This document shows positions 37,901 to 52,900 of a stretch of DNA of 64,000 bases, piece by piece. The translations under genes were made by a program, and so were the position numbers. The notes under the pieces are model-generated. The model was given only the letters and a program-made list of their open reading frames with translations. It ran no database searches and had not been told where the DNA came from. The first letter of the stretch is position 1. The number at the start of each line of letters is the position of its first letter. Origin of the DNA: Lytechinus pictus (taxonomy: Eukaryota); the NCBI RefSeq assembly GCF_037042905.1, contig NC_087245.1, positions 31,560,001-31,624,000 on the forward strand. The letters are read 5' to 3'.

Positions 37901-40900
37901 ATCATATCTCTATAAGTGTATTGGTCTAGTTCATAAAACGTGGAAATAAGAGTAACCAAGTATCACTGAACATCTTGTGCGAGTTATAGTAGTTTTCAAA
38001 ATCAGCACTGCTGCTATATTGAATCGCGTGATGCAGGTGAGACGGCCAGAGGCATTCCACTTGTTTCTATTTTTTTCTCCTTTCGCAACATTCTTTTTAA
38101 ATGAAGGTTGGATTGGTATTTCAAAGTGAATTGGGTGAATGGTGATTTGTGAATCTCCATTGTTATTTTTATTTTTCTTATTTCTCCTAGTACACGGACG
38201 GCTCGCGATCGTGCAGCCGCCATTAGGGGGTTAACAAATAATGCAAAATCCTCCCAACGGGCGGGGCTCATCGATTTTTGTCTTTATTTCATAAAAATAA
38301 AAAAGAACTGTCAACTCGACCAAAGTAAAGATTTTGATTCCGATTTGGCCTGAAATGCATCAAAACAAAAAAATAAAGGAAAAAAAACAGTGACTTACTT
38401 CGACTGTCGCGCAACTCCCACTTCCCTGGTTTATCCGACTTCATGCATAAACATATGGCCATTGAGTCCCTGTACAGATCGAGTTAGAACTTCGGTCTCT
38501 GTAATTGGTGAGTGGAGCGAACGGAGCTCAGCAGAACAACCAATATAACAGAGACCGAAGCTTTTGGTCTAGACATGACCTACCTAATTTCACGCTTGCT
38601 CACTGTGCTGCTTCACTGCAGGCGCAGCTGGCACGCTGCTTCTAACTAAGACTAAAGAGCTTAGATCAGAAAGATTGATTTCATTGTTGTCTTTTCTATA
38701 CTTGTTGAAATGGGAACCAGCGTGGAAAACTCCCCATACTTTGTACACGCTGGTTCCCATTTCAGTAAACTAGTTTAATCTAGAGTAAAACACCCAAACA
38801 TTGGACGGAAATGACTTCAACTCCCTCCCCACAACTACAGGGACCCGCACTGGCGGGGGACTTGCATGCATGAGATGCAGGAATGGTGGTGTGACCTTAA
38901 TTCGCGCGATACCTAATTTTGCGCACGGTCGAATATCTCAATATCTAGAGTATCTGCGCCAATGTGCGGCTGCTTAAGGATTTTTCCCATCTTGTAACTA
39001 TTAAGGACTGATGGTACAACCTTTTTTATTGCAAAAATTGGCCGATAGCAATTGCGGTGGTCAAGACCGCGAGATAGCATTCCCTTGTAGGCGGCTGCCC
39101 TGTGTGATACGATGTAGCCTTGAGGACTCTGTGATGGTATTTTTGAAATATTGTAACATCACAGAGCCTTGACACGGTGGGCATACATGCCTATGCAAGA
39201 CATGTAAACACGAATGGATTTCCCTAGGAAATCCATCTGTACAACTAAAAATTGTGTAAATTTGTTGGATTTATCTATCTATACACCCTTTTATGCCTAA
39301 TGCGAATGAATGTACGAAAAATCTGTTAGTATAAATATGAAAAATGAGAGGTTTCTTACCAGGCCGATCTCGTGTAGATCCCTCGATCCATTGGTAAACA
39401 CCACAAATACAATAGGCTTGACCTTGAACTGCTTAGGCTTGACCTTGAACCGCTTTGTTATGATGTAGCTTCGATGAGCGATGTTACAAAATGCTGTTTT
39501 CAAGAACAATTTATAGATAGAAATTATTATTTAACAAATAATAGCATTTGAATTTTGATTATAAATAATTATTATTATGATAATAATGAAATGGAAACCG
39601 GCATGGAAAATTCTCCATAGACTTCTACACGCTGGGCTCCATTTTGAAGAGTAGATAAAGACAGATTACTAATGAGATATAAATTTATTTTGTCAGTGAT
39701 GATTCTGACAAAATGAATTTCTCTAGTAAACTGTCTTTATCTACTCATAAAAATAGTAACCAGCATGTACAATTCAGGGGGAATTTTCCATGGCTGGTCC
39801 CCATTTTGAAGAGTAGATAAAGACAGATTACTAATGAGATTTATTTCGTCAGTGATGATTCTGACGAAATGAATCTCACTATAATAAACTGTCTTTATCC
39901 ACTCATGAAACAAGTAGATATACAAGTTTAATATTAAAATGATTCATCCCCTTATATATCGTGTTTGTGATTTATTTAGTGAATCGATTTTGTAATAATT
40001 TTTTTTTCAACGTTGTTTAAGTGGCAGAGCGGTCTTAAGAGCAGGGAATTGCAGGGTAGATGGATTAATTACAAAATTATAATGTCCACCCATGGCAATC
40101 TGAGCCTGATAAATATTGCATGAGGAAAGAGGGAACCAGTTGTGTGAGGAGCTTCACATTGTAAACAAAGCCTTTTGCATCAATTCTTTTGAAAATCGCC
40201 AAAGCGAAGTTTCTTTTCATATCGTTTTGAAAGGAGGTACAAATTCGATTTGGTGACCAGTCCCCAAATGCATGGAATGGCCGCCTAAGGGAGCATTGGG
40301 ACCTCAATAAGGTGGAAAGGGCGGCGCTAATGCAGTTTCGCACCGGCCAACTTCGATAGGTACTCCGACATAAAGCATTACCTTAATATATTCTTTATTA
40401 GCATTGTTATCACAAACATTGCTCAAAACTTACCTCAAATTTCCTAAATAGTGAAAAATAAGGCTTACCGTAAATACTCCATAACATGTGCCTGGAAATG
40501 CATGTAGCATATTGTGTGGGCTAATGGCTAAAAATAGGCATTTTAAAGTCTTTATGCTGACCTAGGACTGTGTGACTCTGAGAGGAGCCGTGGAAACAAG
40601 TCACATCAATAGATAATCAACTTGGCTGTCACAAAATGTGAAGATGTCGCTTCATGTAACTACATGGTTCACTCAAAAAAACAGTTGGGGCCAACTCGCG
40701 TATCGACTATTTAGGCATATGTATACAGCACAAATCTAGTGCCAGTGCCCAGCCTAACTTCAAGCAAATGCATGCCTCATGGCAAGTCTCTCAGTTGCAT
40801 TTCAAGGTCAATATTAGCCTAGAGGACTCTGTGATGATATTTTTTTATGATTTTGATATTGTCATTACATCACGGAGCCTAGACACGCATATGGGACTGT

Positions 40901-43900
40901 GCCTAGCAAACTATCTAAACAAGAAGGGAATTCCCTTCATATTTAACACTGCAACTACCGATCGCATTTTAAACAAAATTTGTATCAAATTACATAAATT
41001 TATACACCTAATGCGTATAAAGGTATGACCATTTCGCACAAAAAATCAGAAAATTGAGAGGTTTCTTACCAGACCGATCTCGTGTATCCATTCGTAAACA
41101 CTGCAAAGACAATAGGCTTGACCCTTGAACCGCTTCGTCATGACGTAGCTTTGATAAGCGATGTTACAAAATGTCGTTTTGAAGAATATTTTATAGATAA
41201 AAATTATTATTCAACAAATTATAAAATTGGGATTTTGATTGTAAATAATTATAATTATTTTCAATAAAAATTAAGATTTTAGTATTTATCAAATTACAAT
41301 TTTTATCTATTTTTGAAAAATAAAATTTCGCTCTTAAAAATGTGGAATCTGCACCATAATACCAGAGCATGTGGGGGCTAATAGCTCAGGTTTAAGAAAC
41401 AGCTGCTGAAAAATGAGCTAAAAATGAAGAAATTTTTACGATTTAGGATTGTCAAAATGACCGATGAAAAAAAAAAACCGCTGAAACACTCAACAGCAGT
41501 GAATTTGCACAGAAATAAGGTTGACAGCATGCTTCTGGGTTGCCTTCATTCAACAGGAGCTCCGAGCATAATGCGGGAGCAAATGTAACTTTAAGGCTGC
41601 ATGTCGGTTCAGCGGTTTTAGCATGCACTGACTTTTTAATGGGCTATGTCAAACGAAGTCGAATCGCAGCCGCGAAACATGGTGATACATTTCAAGATTT
41701 CATGAAATGTTGAGATGCAAGTTGAAAACAGTTATTTCAATTAGAAAAAGACAAATATATTCAACAAACATGCAAATTTCATTTGTGAAAAAAACATTTT
41801 AGAACAAAAAATATTGAAGAAACTCTTTTAACGTGTCAAATTTCAGGCAGGTTGCTCTAGTATCAGACAATATAACAAAGGACAAATATTCACAATTGAT
41901 TTTGCTATTTAATCCCGGGGAGGGGGTCACTACCATTGGACAGTGGAGAGCAAATCTGTGAGAGAAAAAAAAACTCGGAAAAGGTGGTGTAAACAAGTTT
42001 TTCATGGGCTTCATTTACACATTTTGGCCCCTAAACAAGATGTCGACAGAATATGACCCCTAAACAAGTTTTCCCGTTTCTCAGGGTCGTAGCTTACAAT
42101 CGGGAAGAACCCGAACATTTTTCAGAAACGAGGAGGAAAAAGCCCAGAGGAAAAAGCTTTTGGAAAAAACCAACCTTAAACATGCTTGGCTATAAAAAAA
42201 AAAGCTTGGAAAAAAAACATGCCCTAAATACGTTTGACCCCGCCATTGGCCATCGACCAGTCTTTCAAAACCACCCTTTTGTTTTTAAAATCATTGTTTT
42301 TTATACCCTTAACGAGTGCACGCGGCCCGCGTCCAAAACTGAAAATACACCCCTTTAAACATGTTTTTTATGTACAGCAATATATTCACTGCCCCCCCCC
42401 CCCACCTGGGGTTATTACAATCTCTGTATTTTTTATTTTTTTACTTCTGTAATGATATTTCTCTAATAACACTTCCATTGGACCACAAACAACCTACTAT
42501 TAACTATCTATGATTACTTATTATTTAAGATAATCATGTCAAGTAGATAAAGGCATATTTTTGTTGGAGAGGCCTGTGTAAATACTATATTGATTTGTTT
42601 GACCATGGAGCTATTGTAGCTCGATGGTTTGATGATGGCAACAGATGGTGTCTTTATCTACAAACAGCCACAAATTAATAACCCTTTGTTTACTCTTTGT
42701 AAATTACCATCTTCACCCCTTTCACATGGCTGTGTATAATTTAGAATATGATTGAATAGAAATGGTTTATTAAACGGAACTCAATTGCGGCCAGAAGGCT
42801 GTATATTATATATTACCATACAATGAAATATGAGCATATCAAAATTACATGAATGTACAACATGATAATATTGATTCTAGGATATCTAACCCCTGGACAT
42901 CTCACCCCCGGACATTAACCCCCCCCCCCGACATCTATGCCCCGAACATCTACCCCCCCCCTAGACATCCTAGGGGGTGCTTTTCCTAGGGGGTGGATGT
43001 CCTAGAGGGAGGATGTCCAGGGGGTGGATGTCCGAGGATGGATGTTCGGGGTGGATGTCCGGGGTGGATGTCCGGGGGTAGATGTCCAGGCCAGGGGGTA
43101 GATATCCTGATACTATTGTTATGTAGTATGTATTCACCTTCACTTGTTTACTAACTCCCTCAATGTCATCTAAGAATTCCCAAACCTCCAATACCATTTA
43201 ACTCCTAAACCCTGACCATAACAGACCAACCCTCAGCGACGTCAGCTAACTTCAAGGAACAAAGAATTATGACTCACACTTCTAGCCCCAGTCACTTGCA
43301 CAGAGCATCACCACACCCCTTATACCAGAGAAAGTTTGATAGACAGTTACCTGTAGACCAATCAGATCAAGTTTAGATCACTCCCACCTTAAATTGGTAC
43401 ACCCCCAAAACTAGTTTAACTTCAGATCTGATACTTCAAAATAATTATATTCATCCTCTCCTGTTTTATCTAAATCTTCATTGATATATTCATGTACTTC
43501 GAATTGTAAACTGTTGCTGATTATTATTAAATACCCTGTGATTTTGAACTGTATAACTTTCTCCAAAGTTTATTCCTCTCCTAACAATAACATTAGAAAG
43601 TGCCATTTTAACCTATTGTGATTCGGTGAAGAGTGTCTCTGCAAAAAATTGAAATATTGCATAATTTCCTACAATAAAATGCAGAAGAAATAATGAGTGA
43701 GTGACATCATCAACTCTCTTATTTGCATATTCATGTGTGGTGTCTATAACTGTTATGTGAAAACTAAGCAAAATTTCATGATTTCATAACTATCTTATTT
43801 TACATTGATTTTTAATAAAGGTCAAGTCCACCCCAGAAAAATGTTGATTTGAATAGAGAAAAATCAAACCAGCATACCGCTGAAAATTTCATTAAATCAG

Positions 43901-46900
43901 ATGTAAAATAAGAAAGTTTTAAAGTTTTGCTTATAAAAAAAAAAAACCAGTGATATGAACAATTCAGTGACATGCAAATGAGACAGTCGATGATGTCCTT
44001 CACTCACTATTTCTTATTTTTAAATTTTTGAATTGTACAATATTTCTTTTTTTTAACAGATTTGACAATAAGGACCAACTTTACTAAACCATATAGTATG
44101 AAACAATACTAATTCCACATGTTCAGGGAGGAATTAATCGTTGTTTCACTTGACATTTAGGAGAAAATTAGAATATTTCATATTTTATATCATGAAATAC
44201 AAAAGTACAAACGTTGTACATCAGTTGCCTCAAATCAAAAATGGAATTGATACAAACTGGATCCCAAGGAAATTTATAACTGATTGCATGCACAAATAAA
44301 TTTTAATCTCATTCTTCCTTCCTGACCTTGTGTTGAGTTTAGGAAGCTCCATATTTTTTTGTTTCATTTCCATTTTTTTTTTCATGTCTTAGTTGCTAGT
44401 TTTGCATAATTTGTTTTAAAAATTATTTTTGAAAAAAAATTTCTTATGTGGTTTTATGTTCCATTTTATTACTTTTTTTTAACTTTTCCAGTCCTGGTAG
44501 ACAAATACTAACTGTATTTTTCAGGGATCCACAAGCTACAAGCATTGGCTTTTTAGCGGATTCCTTCATTTTCACAGATATCAATTATGTTTAGTAATTT
44601 GTGCTTTTGTATTTTTATATGGGAAAAAACAATTAAACATGTACATATTTTAATTCATATTTTTTGTATGAATGTCATTTATACTTTTTTGTTGAAAATG
44701 ACTTAAATATAAATTTGAACATTGGAATTGTCACAATCACATTTTTTTTTCAATCTCCAATGATTACCCTATAGGTGTGGACATTGCAGGAAGTTAGCTC
44801 CGGTCTGGACTCAATTGAGTGAAAAATACAACACTGCTGAAGATAGCATTGTAACTATTGCTAAGGTAAGACTCAGTGTCTTTGGACTTGCATCATTGAA
44901 TGTTTGTTCAAGAATAATTTTGAGTTGGGAAGGCAGATTTTGGATTATATTTCACTCTTGCTTGTACTTGTAAATAACCCACCCCCTTCAGATCTCGGCT
45001 GCTGAACGCATGATCTCCGCGAAAATTTGCACATGCGTAGAGCCAGTTGTAAACTACAAGAATTTATAGTGAAGTTTTCAAAAAAATTAATTGTTTTTAT
45101 TCTTTTGTTAATTTTGCATATAAACGTATGAAATAATGCCCCGAATATGTTTTTTGTGTATGTTTTTGCCTTTAACTCACTTTATATAGCTAGTACAATG
45201 GTAATTTTTGTGAAAATATCAATTTTTACATTTCTAACAAATATCTACAAAAAATGCCAAAACATGATTAAATTTATATATTTTATTGTTTTTTTTTATA
45301 TGTATCTCTTTTTTTATTGTTTATTTTTAATGAACTTTGTCAAGGACCCTTTTGCAATCATAAATAGTATACAAAGGAAAAGTAATCATACATTTATGAT
45401 TTTTGGTTGAAAAATACAATTTACATTGACTTTGTACACGGAATCACTATTTCAAACAATTTTGGGTCTGGCATACGCTTACAAAATGTTGCATAATTTG
45501 GAACTGCATACCCGGGTGTCCCAAATTTGGTCTCAAAAGATGCGCAAGACTTGAAAGTAAAAAGTCAGTGAGCGGCGTGGTCCAAAAAAAATTCACGGCA
45601 GCATAGTGGCAAAATTTGTTGAGGAGGGGCGTCAAATGGACCCCCTCCCCTAGTTAAATAAGGGTTAACTGCTGAAGTGGCTACCCTGGGTACATTAAAT
45701 GAGAACTATTATTATTATCATTATTATTACTATTATTCTTATCATCATCATCATCATTATTGTTATTATTTCTTGACCAGGTTGACTGCACAGTGGAGAC
45801 TTCTCTCTGCTCTGACCATGGCGTTACCGGATATCCTACTCTCAAGCTTTACAAGAAAGATAAAGAACCATCGAAGTACAAGGGAAAGAGAGACCTTGCC
45901 ACATTGGAGAAATACATAGAGGATGAGCTAAACCCACAGGTATGGTATTGATTCTATTGGTTGGGGTATCGTGCTAAAGCCGGGTAATAATAATGTTGAG
46001 GGCTCAAAAAGACGAAACGTGAGTTGTAGGTCTACTTGTTGTAAGAACATTTATTACTATCAAAACAGCCCCGAGAATTTAGTGTATACAGTCCTGAAAC
46101 AATCTGGAACTAAGTCTAATCGATCGATGACGATAAACAAGCAGTCAATAAACCGTTGAAAAACTTTCCTTTTTCCAACATAACGATTCAAATATTCAGG
46201 TGATAAGTAAGGCCGTTAATCAGCGCAGCACAAGAAAATAGGTTACACCTGCTTTCGAGAGGAAATCTATTTCTCTGACAAAACAAACTTGAAAACGAAA
46301 ATATGTTGAAATCGCAACGCATCTAACAACGCGTTGCGGGTTGATGCAAAAAGGCGCACAACTCTGCAACCAGCTATGTTACGTAACAATAAGATACGTA
46401 ACAATCGCATTACCACAATAACATCATGTTAAGCAGGGTCCGCTGGTGGAACAGTTTTCAGAACTGAAGCGGCTTCCCTGGGTAAAACATGACGTTATTA
46501 TTATTATTGTCGTTTATCAAGTGATTCATATGTTAAAAGGGAAGTTCATCGCAACAATCGTTTGATTTTAAATAATAAAAGCAGAAAAATTAGAGACAAA
46601 TGCCGGTACTTGGTATTTGATCCACCAAATTACTCCTGCTGGAATTTTTACTGTAGGGTTGTGGTGATTGAGAGTGGGAATGAATGTATGATGTATTAAA
46701 GTACATCAAAGAATAAGTGAATTATGAATTTTTCAAATTTGTAACCTTTTTGTCATGTAATATGAATTCCCATTTTATTCCCATGTAGAATGGGGTATGA
46801 TATGACGTGTCCGATTACAAATTGAACATCCAAATTTCACTTTCATTTTTAATGAGGAAATTCTATTTCATGGAAATTATGTCACATCAGTATAGGTATA

Positions 46901-49900
46901 TGTCACAGAATCTTTAAATTTCTCTGTCCTTTAATGGATTCTTGTCTAACCTTCACTAATGCATTTATTTTTAGTTCTGCTTTGATTCAAACAAACTCAC
47001 ATCAGGGTGAATTTCCCCTTGTAGAATAGTATGAATTGTAGGTAATCTAATGTGTCTCGTGTAGCTAATGAAGAAAAAATTAAATGTATATTATGGGTGT
47101 TATGTAAAATGTATTATAAAATAGGTGTATTATTTCAAGCATCGCGATTGGCCAATACGCGTCACATGACATCCAACTTTTTTTGTGCACTGCACGGCTG
47201 TACAAAAGGTGCGCAACGAAAATTGATTTGATTTGATTTGATTTGATTTGATTTTATTTCACATATTTCACAAGTACAAACAAAATTATGAAACAATATA
47301 AGAAAACTTATGAGAATACAAATCAGACAAGGCATAACAATTAATTCAAATTAAACAAAATAGCGATTTGGAATTAAAGACAATTTAAAAGAGTGAAATA
47401 TGAGGGAACCTGCATAAAAAAGCAAGGCTTGTTAAGTCTGCAGGATCCAGAAAAAAATCGGTCTTAATGAGGAGAGGACAGGTAAGTAAATTGATTATAA
47501 CAAAGTAATGCCAAAAATGTGACGATTGTGTAAGGAATACAAAAAATAAAAAAATAAATAAATAAAAAAGAGTCCGCCACTCTATGACAATTATTACTCA
47601 TTACTCGGCCAGAGCGTATTAACAAAGTGCAAGAATATAAAAGTTTACAAAGGGAAATTATAAGAATTGATAAGCATCGCTTTCAATTTACGTTTGAATA
47701 TATTAAGTGAGGCACTATGTACCATATCATCGGGAAGATCGTTCCAAAACCTGGGCCCTTCAAATGCGATAGTTCTTTGAGCAAGGAGATTGCACGCTCA
47801 AGCAAACCAGTGCGGTAGAAGTCCAACAAAACTGTACTGTAACTTTTTAAAAAATTGTTTCTGTGTTGCTATTTTATAAAACAAATAATGCACTTGCTCT
47901 GTCGTGCGTAAAAGTAAATGCAGAGAAAGCTCGGTTTCTTCAGATGGAGCACACTGGGCATTCGCCGCCAGCGGCTCGTGCACAGTGCGGCACCTATCTA
48001 AAGAAACCTCGCGTGCTCTGCATTTCCACTAACGCACTCGGCTGCATGCATTATTTGTATATTAATATGTCAACAATTTTTGCTCCATGGTATAAGACTG
48101 ACCCATTTCAATGAAAATAGTTCCTGTTTGTACTTTTTCATTAAAGAATCCAGGGCCCTGTTGCATAAAAGTTACCATTATGGTAACTTAGCCATGCAAT
48201 GGTTACTACCATAGTAATGCTGATAACAGTCATTCAAAATCAAGGATTCCGTGCAATATACCATTGGATGGCAAAGTTACCATTATGGTTTTATGCAATG
48301 GGACCATGATGATGATGTGCATGTTTCTACTATCTCTTAACACCAAAATACTATTTTCCTATTGGGGGGCAAAAAGTTTCTTTTTCTTTTCGTTTTATGG
48401 ATAGTCCTGTTGGCAGGACTGGGGTACAAGTTAAATTGTTCTGAATACATAACAATTTATTAAGAATAATTTTTTATGTACTTAAACAGTTTGTATCATT
48501 GTTCTGTTTAATTGAAGTGCAAGGAATGTTTTGTATATTTTGATTGTTTTTGTGACAAATAAAAACTGCAAAGATTAAAAAAAAAAGTTTTCCTGTGTAA
48601 CTTTTTTTTCTTTGCATGATTTGCTTTATTTCTCATAGGAACCTGGTGTTCCGCAGCCTCCTGAAGCCAAGAATGGCCTCTATGAACTCACAGTAGCTAC
48701 CTTCAAGGATCATGTCAGCAAAGGACATCACTTTATCAAGTTTTATGCCCCTTGGTGCGGCCACTGCAAGCGACTTGCCCCAACGTGGGAGCAACTTGCC
48801 CAAGGATTCCAGCATAGCGACTTTGTCAAGATTGCAAAGGTATGTTAAGTCATGAGGACTAGCGAAGACGGGGCTTTTTTTTACCGACTGCATGGGGCCT
48901 GGGGGCGTTTTACAGAGAGTTAAGTGTGACATATGATCTTGCTTAAATGCCAATGTATACCGGTACACATTTAACAGATGATCTGATTGTTGGATAAGCA
49001 CCCTTTTGCCAAAAGCGAGCATTTAATTTGATCTTTCTTAGTGTCTGTGATGAGATATGCGTAATTATGTACGAAAATCTGTATAGTCCATGGTTTTGTA
49101 CCATGGTACAGTTGAAACGTCTTTCGAGGACACAGGCCTTTGTGACCAAAAGTATTTTAGACCCTTGTAAATTGATGCAATATTTCCCTTTTTCGTCTCG
49201 CCTGTGTAGCAGAGCAAAACTTTAGTTGCCTATTTCGGCATCATCGTAAGTTAGGAAGTAAAATGGACCTTTTTCTTAAAACTTGGACATAAGGGAAATC
49301 AAATGTCACTGATCATATGGCATTATTTTATTGCAGGTCAAGTGATCAAGGTCAAAAGTCATTGAGGGTCAGTGAACTTGGATCATATTGTGTTATCAAT
49401 ATCCAAATTTGAATTTTCAAGATGATTTTAAAAGTATAAATCCCTATTCCATAAAACTTTCAGATAATGGATATCAAGCATTTGTAAATGGTTGAATGTA
49501 ATTTATGGTCACTAGGTGAAGGTCAAAGGTCATTTGAGGGTCAATGAACTGATATCAACGTTTAAAAAGTGGGTACTAAATCATCAACCTGTAGATCAAT
49601 GTTTCACAATTAAGGAGTTGAACAGTAATTGCTAGAAATAAAATTTAGATCAATTCAGAATAATTTAGGTATATTTTGAAGAAAATAAGAAGGCATATGG
49701 GAAGTATCATTTGATGTGTCCCTTGTTGATTTTGTAGGTTGATTGTACAGCACACAGATCAGTATGTGAACAGCATGGTGTCAAGGGTTACCCAACTCTC
49801 AAGTTCTTTAAGGATGGAGAGGCAGTAAGTTTTCTACAGTATTCCACTTTTTTTCTTTCATATACCATCGGGGCCCTGTAACACAAAGCTTAGCAATGAT

Positions 49901-52900
49901 CGTAGAACATTTTTCTACGATTGATTCCATCGACTACAATGTACAATCAATCGTAAAAATCAAGCGTACGATCAATCGCTAACCTTTGTGTTACGGGACC
50001 CAGGTCAGGTTAGTTCCTTTGTTCAGATACCGGATCCTGATCAAGAGTGGCAGATGAGCCCTTTCTGATGATGGCCTTGTTGTATGTATTAGGCTACCAG
50101 CATATTTCATGAAGCCAGTTCGATTGATCAGAGGGATTCCGTGTTCAGTTCACAACCCAGCTTTAAATTTTTTTAAACAGGAAGCATTTTGTTAATGTCA
50201 CAAGAGTGCTAGTCAGTATTACCTCATTCTCCTCCTCCTTCCTCGTATTCTTCTCCTCCTCCGTCGTCGTATTCTTCTTCTCCTTCTTCTTCTTCATCTT
50301 CATCTTCTCCTTCTTCTTCTTCATCTTCATCTTCTTCTCCTCCTCCTCCTCCTGCTTCTCCACCTCTTAGTAGTAGTGGTAATAGTAGTAGAAGGAGTGA
50401 TAGTAGAAGTAGTCTTGGTAGTAGTAGTTGCAGCAGCAGCAGCAACAGAGTAATAGTATTAATAGTTGCAGCAGCAACAATAGTAGTAGTAGTAGTAGTA
50501 GTAGTAATAGTAAAAAGTAGTATATAGCAGGTACTATTAGTCATACATGTAGTAGTAGTAATGTTAGTGTTGGTGGTAGTAGTATTATTAGTAGTAGCAG
50601 TAATAGTAGCTGTAGTAGTATTAATGTTGGTAGAATAAAGATATCCTACATTCTTTTCTTCCTCTCTCATTACCTCCATCCATGACTAGGTTGATTCTTA
50701 AAAGGATGGTCGTGACCATGTAGCCTTGAAGGAGTATGTGTGTAAGATAACAAAGACTCTGACTGAAGATTCTCTTCCTCTTCTTCTTATCCTTCCATGT
50801 AGAAGTAGCAGTAAAAGTAGCAGTAATTGTTAGTATTATTGGTGGTGGAATGAAGATGACTGATATACCGTTCTTTCTCTCAATACCTCTATTACTAGAT
50901 TGATTCTTATAAGGGTGGTCGTGACCATGTAGCCTTGAAGGAGTATGTGAGTAAGATGACGAAGACTCCGACTCAAGAACGTACGGCACCTCTTCCTGGC
51001 TCTGAGGATGCCATCAAACCAGTACCCGTCAAAGAACAACCTCCAGAAGAACAGCCAGCTGTTGAATCTAAGGTGAGTGAGGGGACCTGGGGCCCGTAAC
51101 ACAAAGCATAGCAATGATCGTAGAACATTTTTCTACGATTGATTGCATTGGCTACAATGTACAATCAATCGTAAAAACCAAGCGTATGAGTAATCGCTAA
51201 CTTTTGTGTTACGGGACCCTGGTCCCCATAACATAGATCTCAGCAATTGATTGTGGTGCTAATCTCTACGATTGATTCCATAGATGATAGTGTATGATTA
51301 ATTGTAAAATAGCCCTACGAATAACGATCAATCACCAAGCTTTATGTTACAGTACCCTGGGGCCGTTTCATAAAGCCGTTGGTAACCCTACAAATGACTT
51401 GAAGATTCATTGGTGATCCTTATTGTGCCATAATGAGATATTCTGAATGTTTCTACATTTTAACAAAGGCTCTACTAAATGTGAGTAGACTAGATAGAGT
51501 AGGGCCCCGTCTAACAAAGAGTTAGATTGATCCAATCACTTTATGGAAATCCATCAGTGTCATAATTTATTCTACAGGAAATTCGAACAGTGTCCTTGCT
51601 GAACAGAGAGAAGCACATGCATTTTCAAGAAAACAATGAATGCATGAATATACATCATAGTTAGAAAATATTTTGAAAAAACATGCATAAGAGATTTTGA
51701 CCTTACTGGCCGTCCATATTTGTGATTGATTGGATCAATATGTACTTTGTAAGACGGGGGCCCTGATCTAACCCTTATCAAACTTAAAATATATTGAATT
51801 TTCCATTCAGGCAATTTATAAAAATTAGATTTAAAGGGATGCTCTGGGTTGAAAATATCTAAATAAATAGAATTAAATTTACAAAGCAAAATGCTGAAAA
51901 TTTCATCAAAATCGGATAACAAATAACAAAGTTATTGAATTTTAAAGTTTATCAATATTTTGTGAAAACAGTTATATGCACATCATCATGAATATTCATT
52001 AGATGGGCTGATGATGTCATATCCCCACTTTCCTTTTTCTTATGTTATTACATGAAATCTTTAATGTTTCATTTGTGTCTCCATTATGATGAAATAAGTT
52101 ACGGCAATAAATAACTAATGCACTTAATCAGTTGTCAGTGCTAGTGTTTTAGTTCTTGGTAGAAATTTTTTTGATAAAACTTACTTCATATAATAAAATA
52201 CAAAAGAACAAGTGGGGATATGACATCAGCCCACCTAATGAATATCCATAAAGATATGCCTAGAACTGATTCACCGGAATAATGCAAATCTTTAAAATTC
52301 AATAACTTTGTTATTTGTTATCCAATTTTAATCAAATTTTCAGCATTTTGCTTTGTGAATTTTACTCTATTTATTGAGATATAAATGTTTCCGGCCTGGA
52401 TCATCCCTTTAAAACATAGATTGATAGGATTTCAACTGTAGTTGATTGGAATCAAAATGATTGAGACTAACTTGTCTGACTTAGGACCAAAGAAAGGGTC
52501 ACCAGTAGTTTTAAAAAAGTTGATACAACAATAGAAAACACCACCCAGCAAATGCTGCTTGAATTTTGAGAAGTAAATATAAAATGTAACTTTGTCAAAC
52601 TTGGCAGTCTAATGGGGTGTTGCAAGAAACTTATTATCAATTGCAAATCTCTATTTGGTGTCGCCGAATCAGGCATATATCTTGCAATTTGCTCCTGGGG
52701 GCTGTTTCATAAAGCTGTTCATAAGTTAAACATCTGGTGATCCTTTCTTGTGGTAAATGATGTTCACCATTAAATGATCATTGGTGATTATTTAGTCCAT
52801 TATTTACATTTTTCTTTCTTTTTGTTTGATATCTGTAGGTGGCAGTTTTGTCAACAAACAATTTCCTAACCCAGACAGCAAAAGGAACATCATTTGTAAA

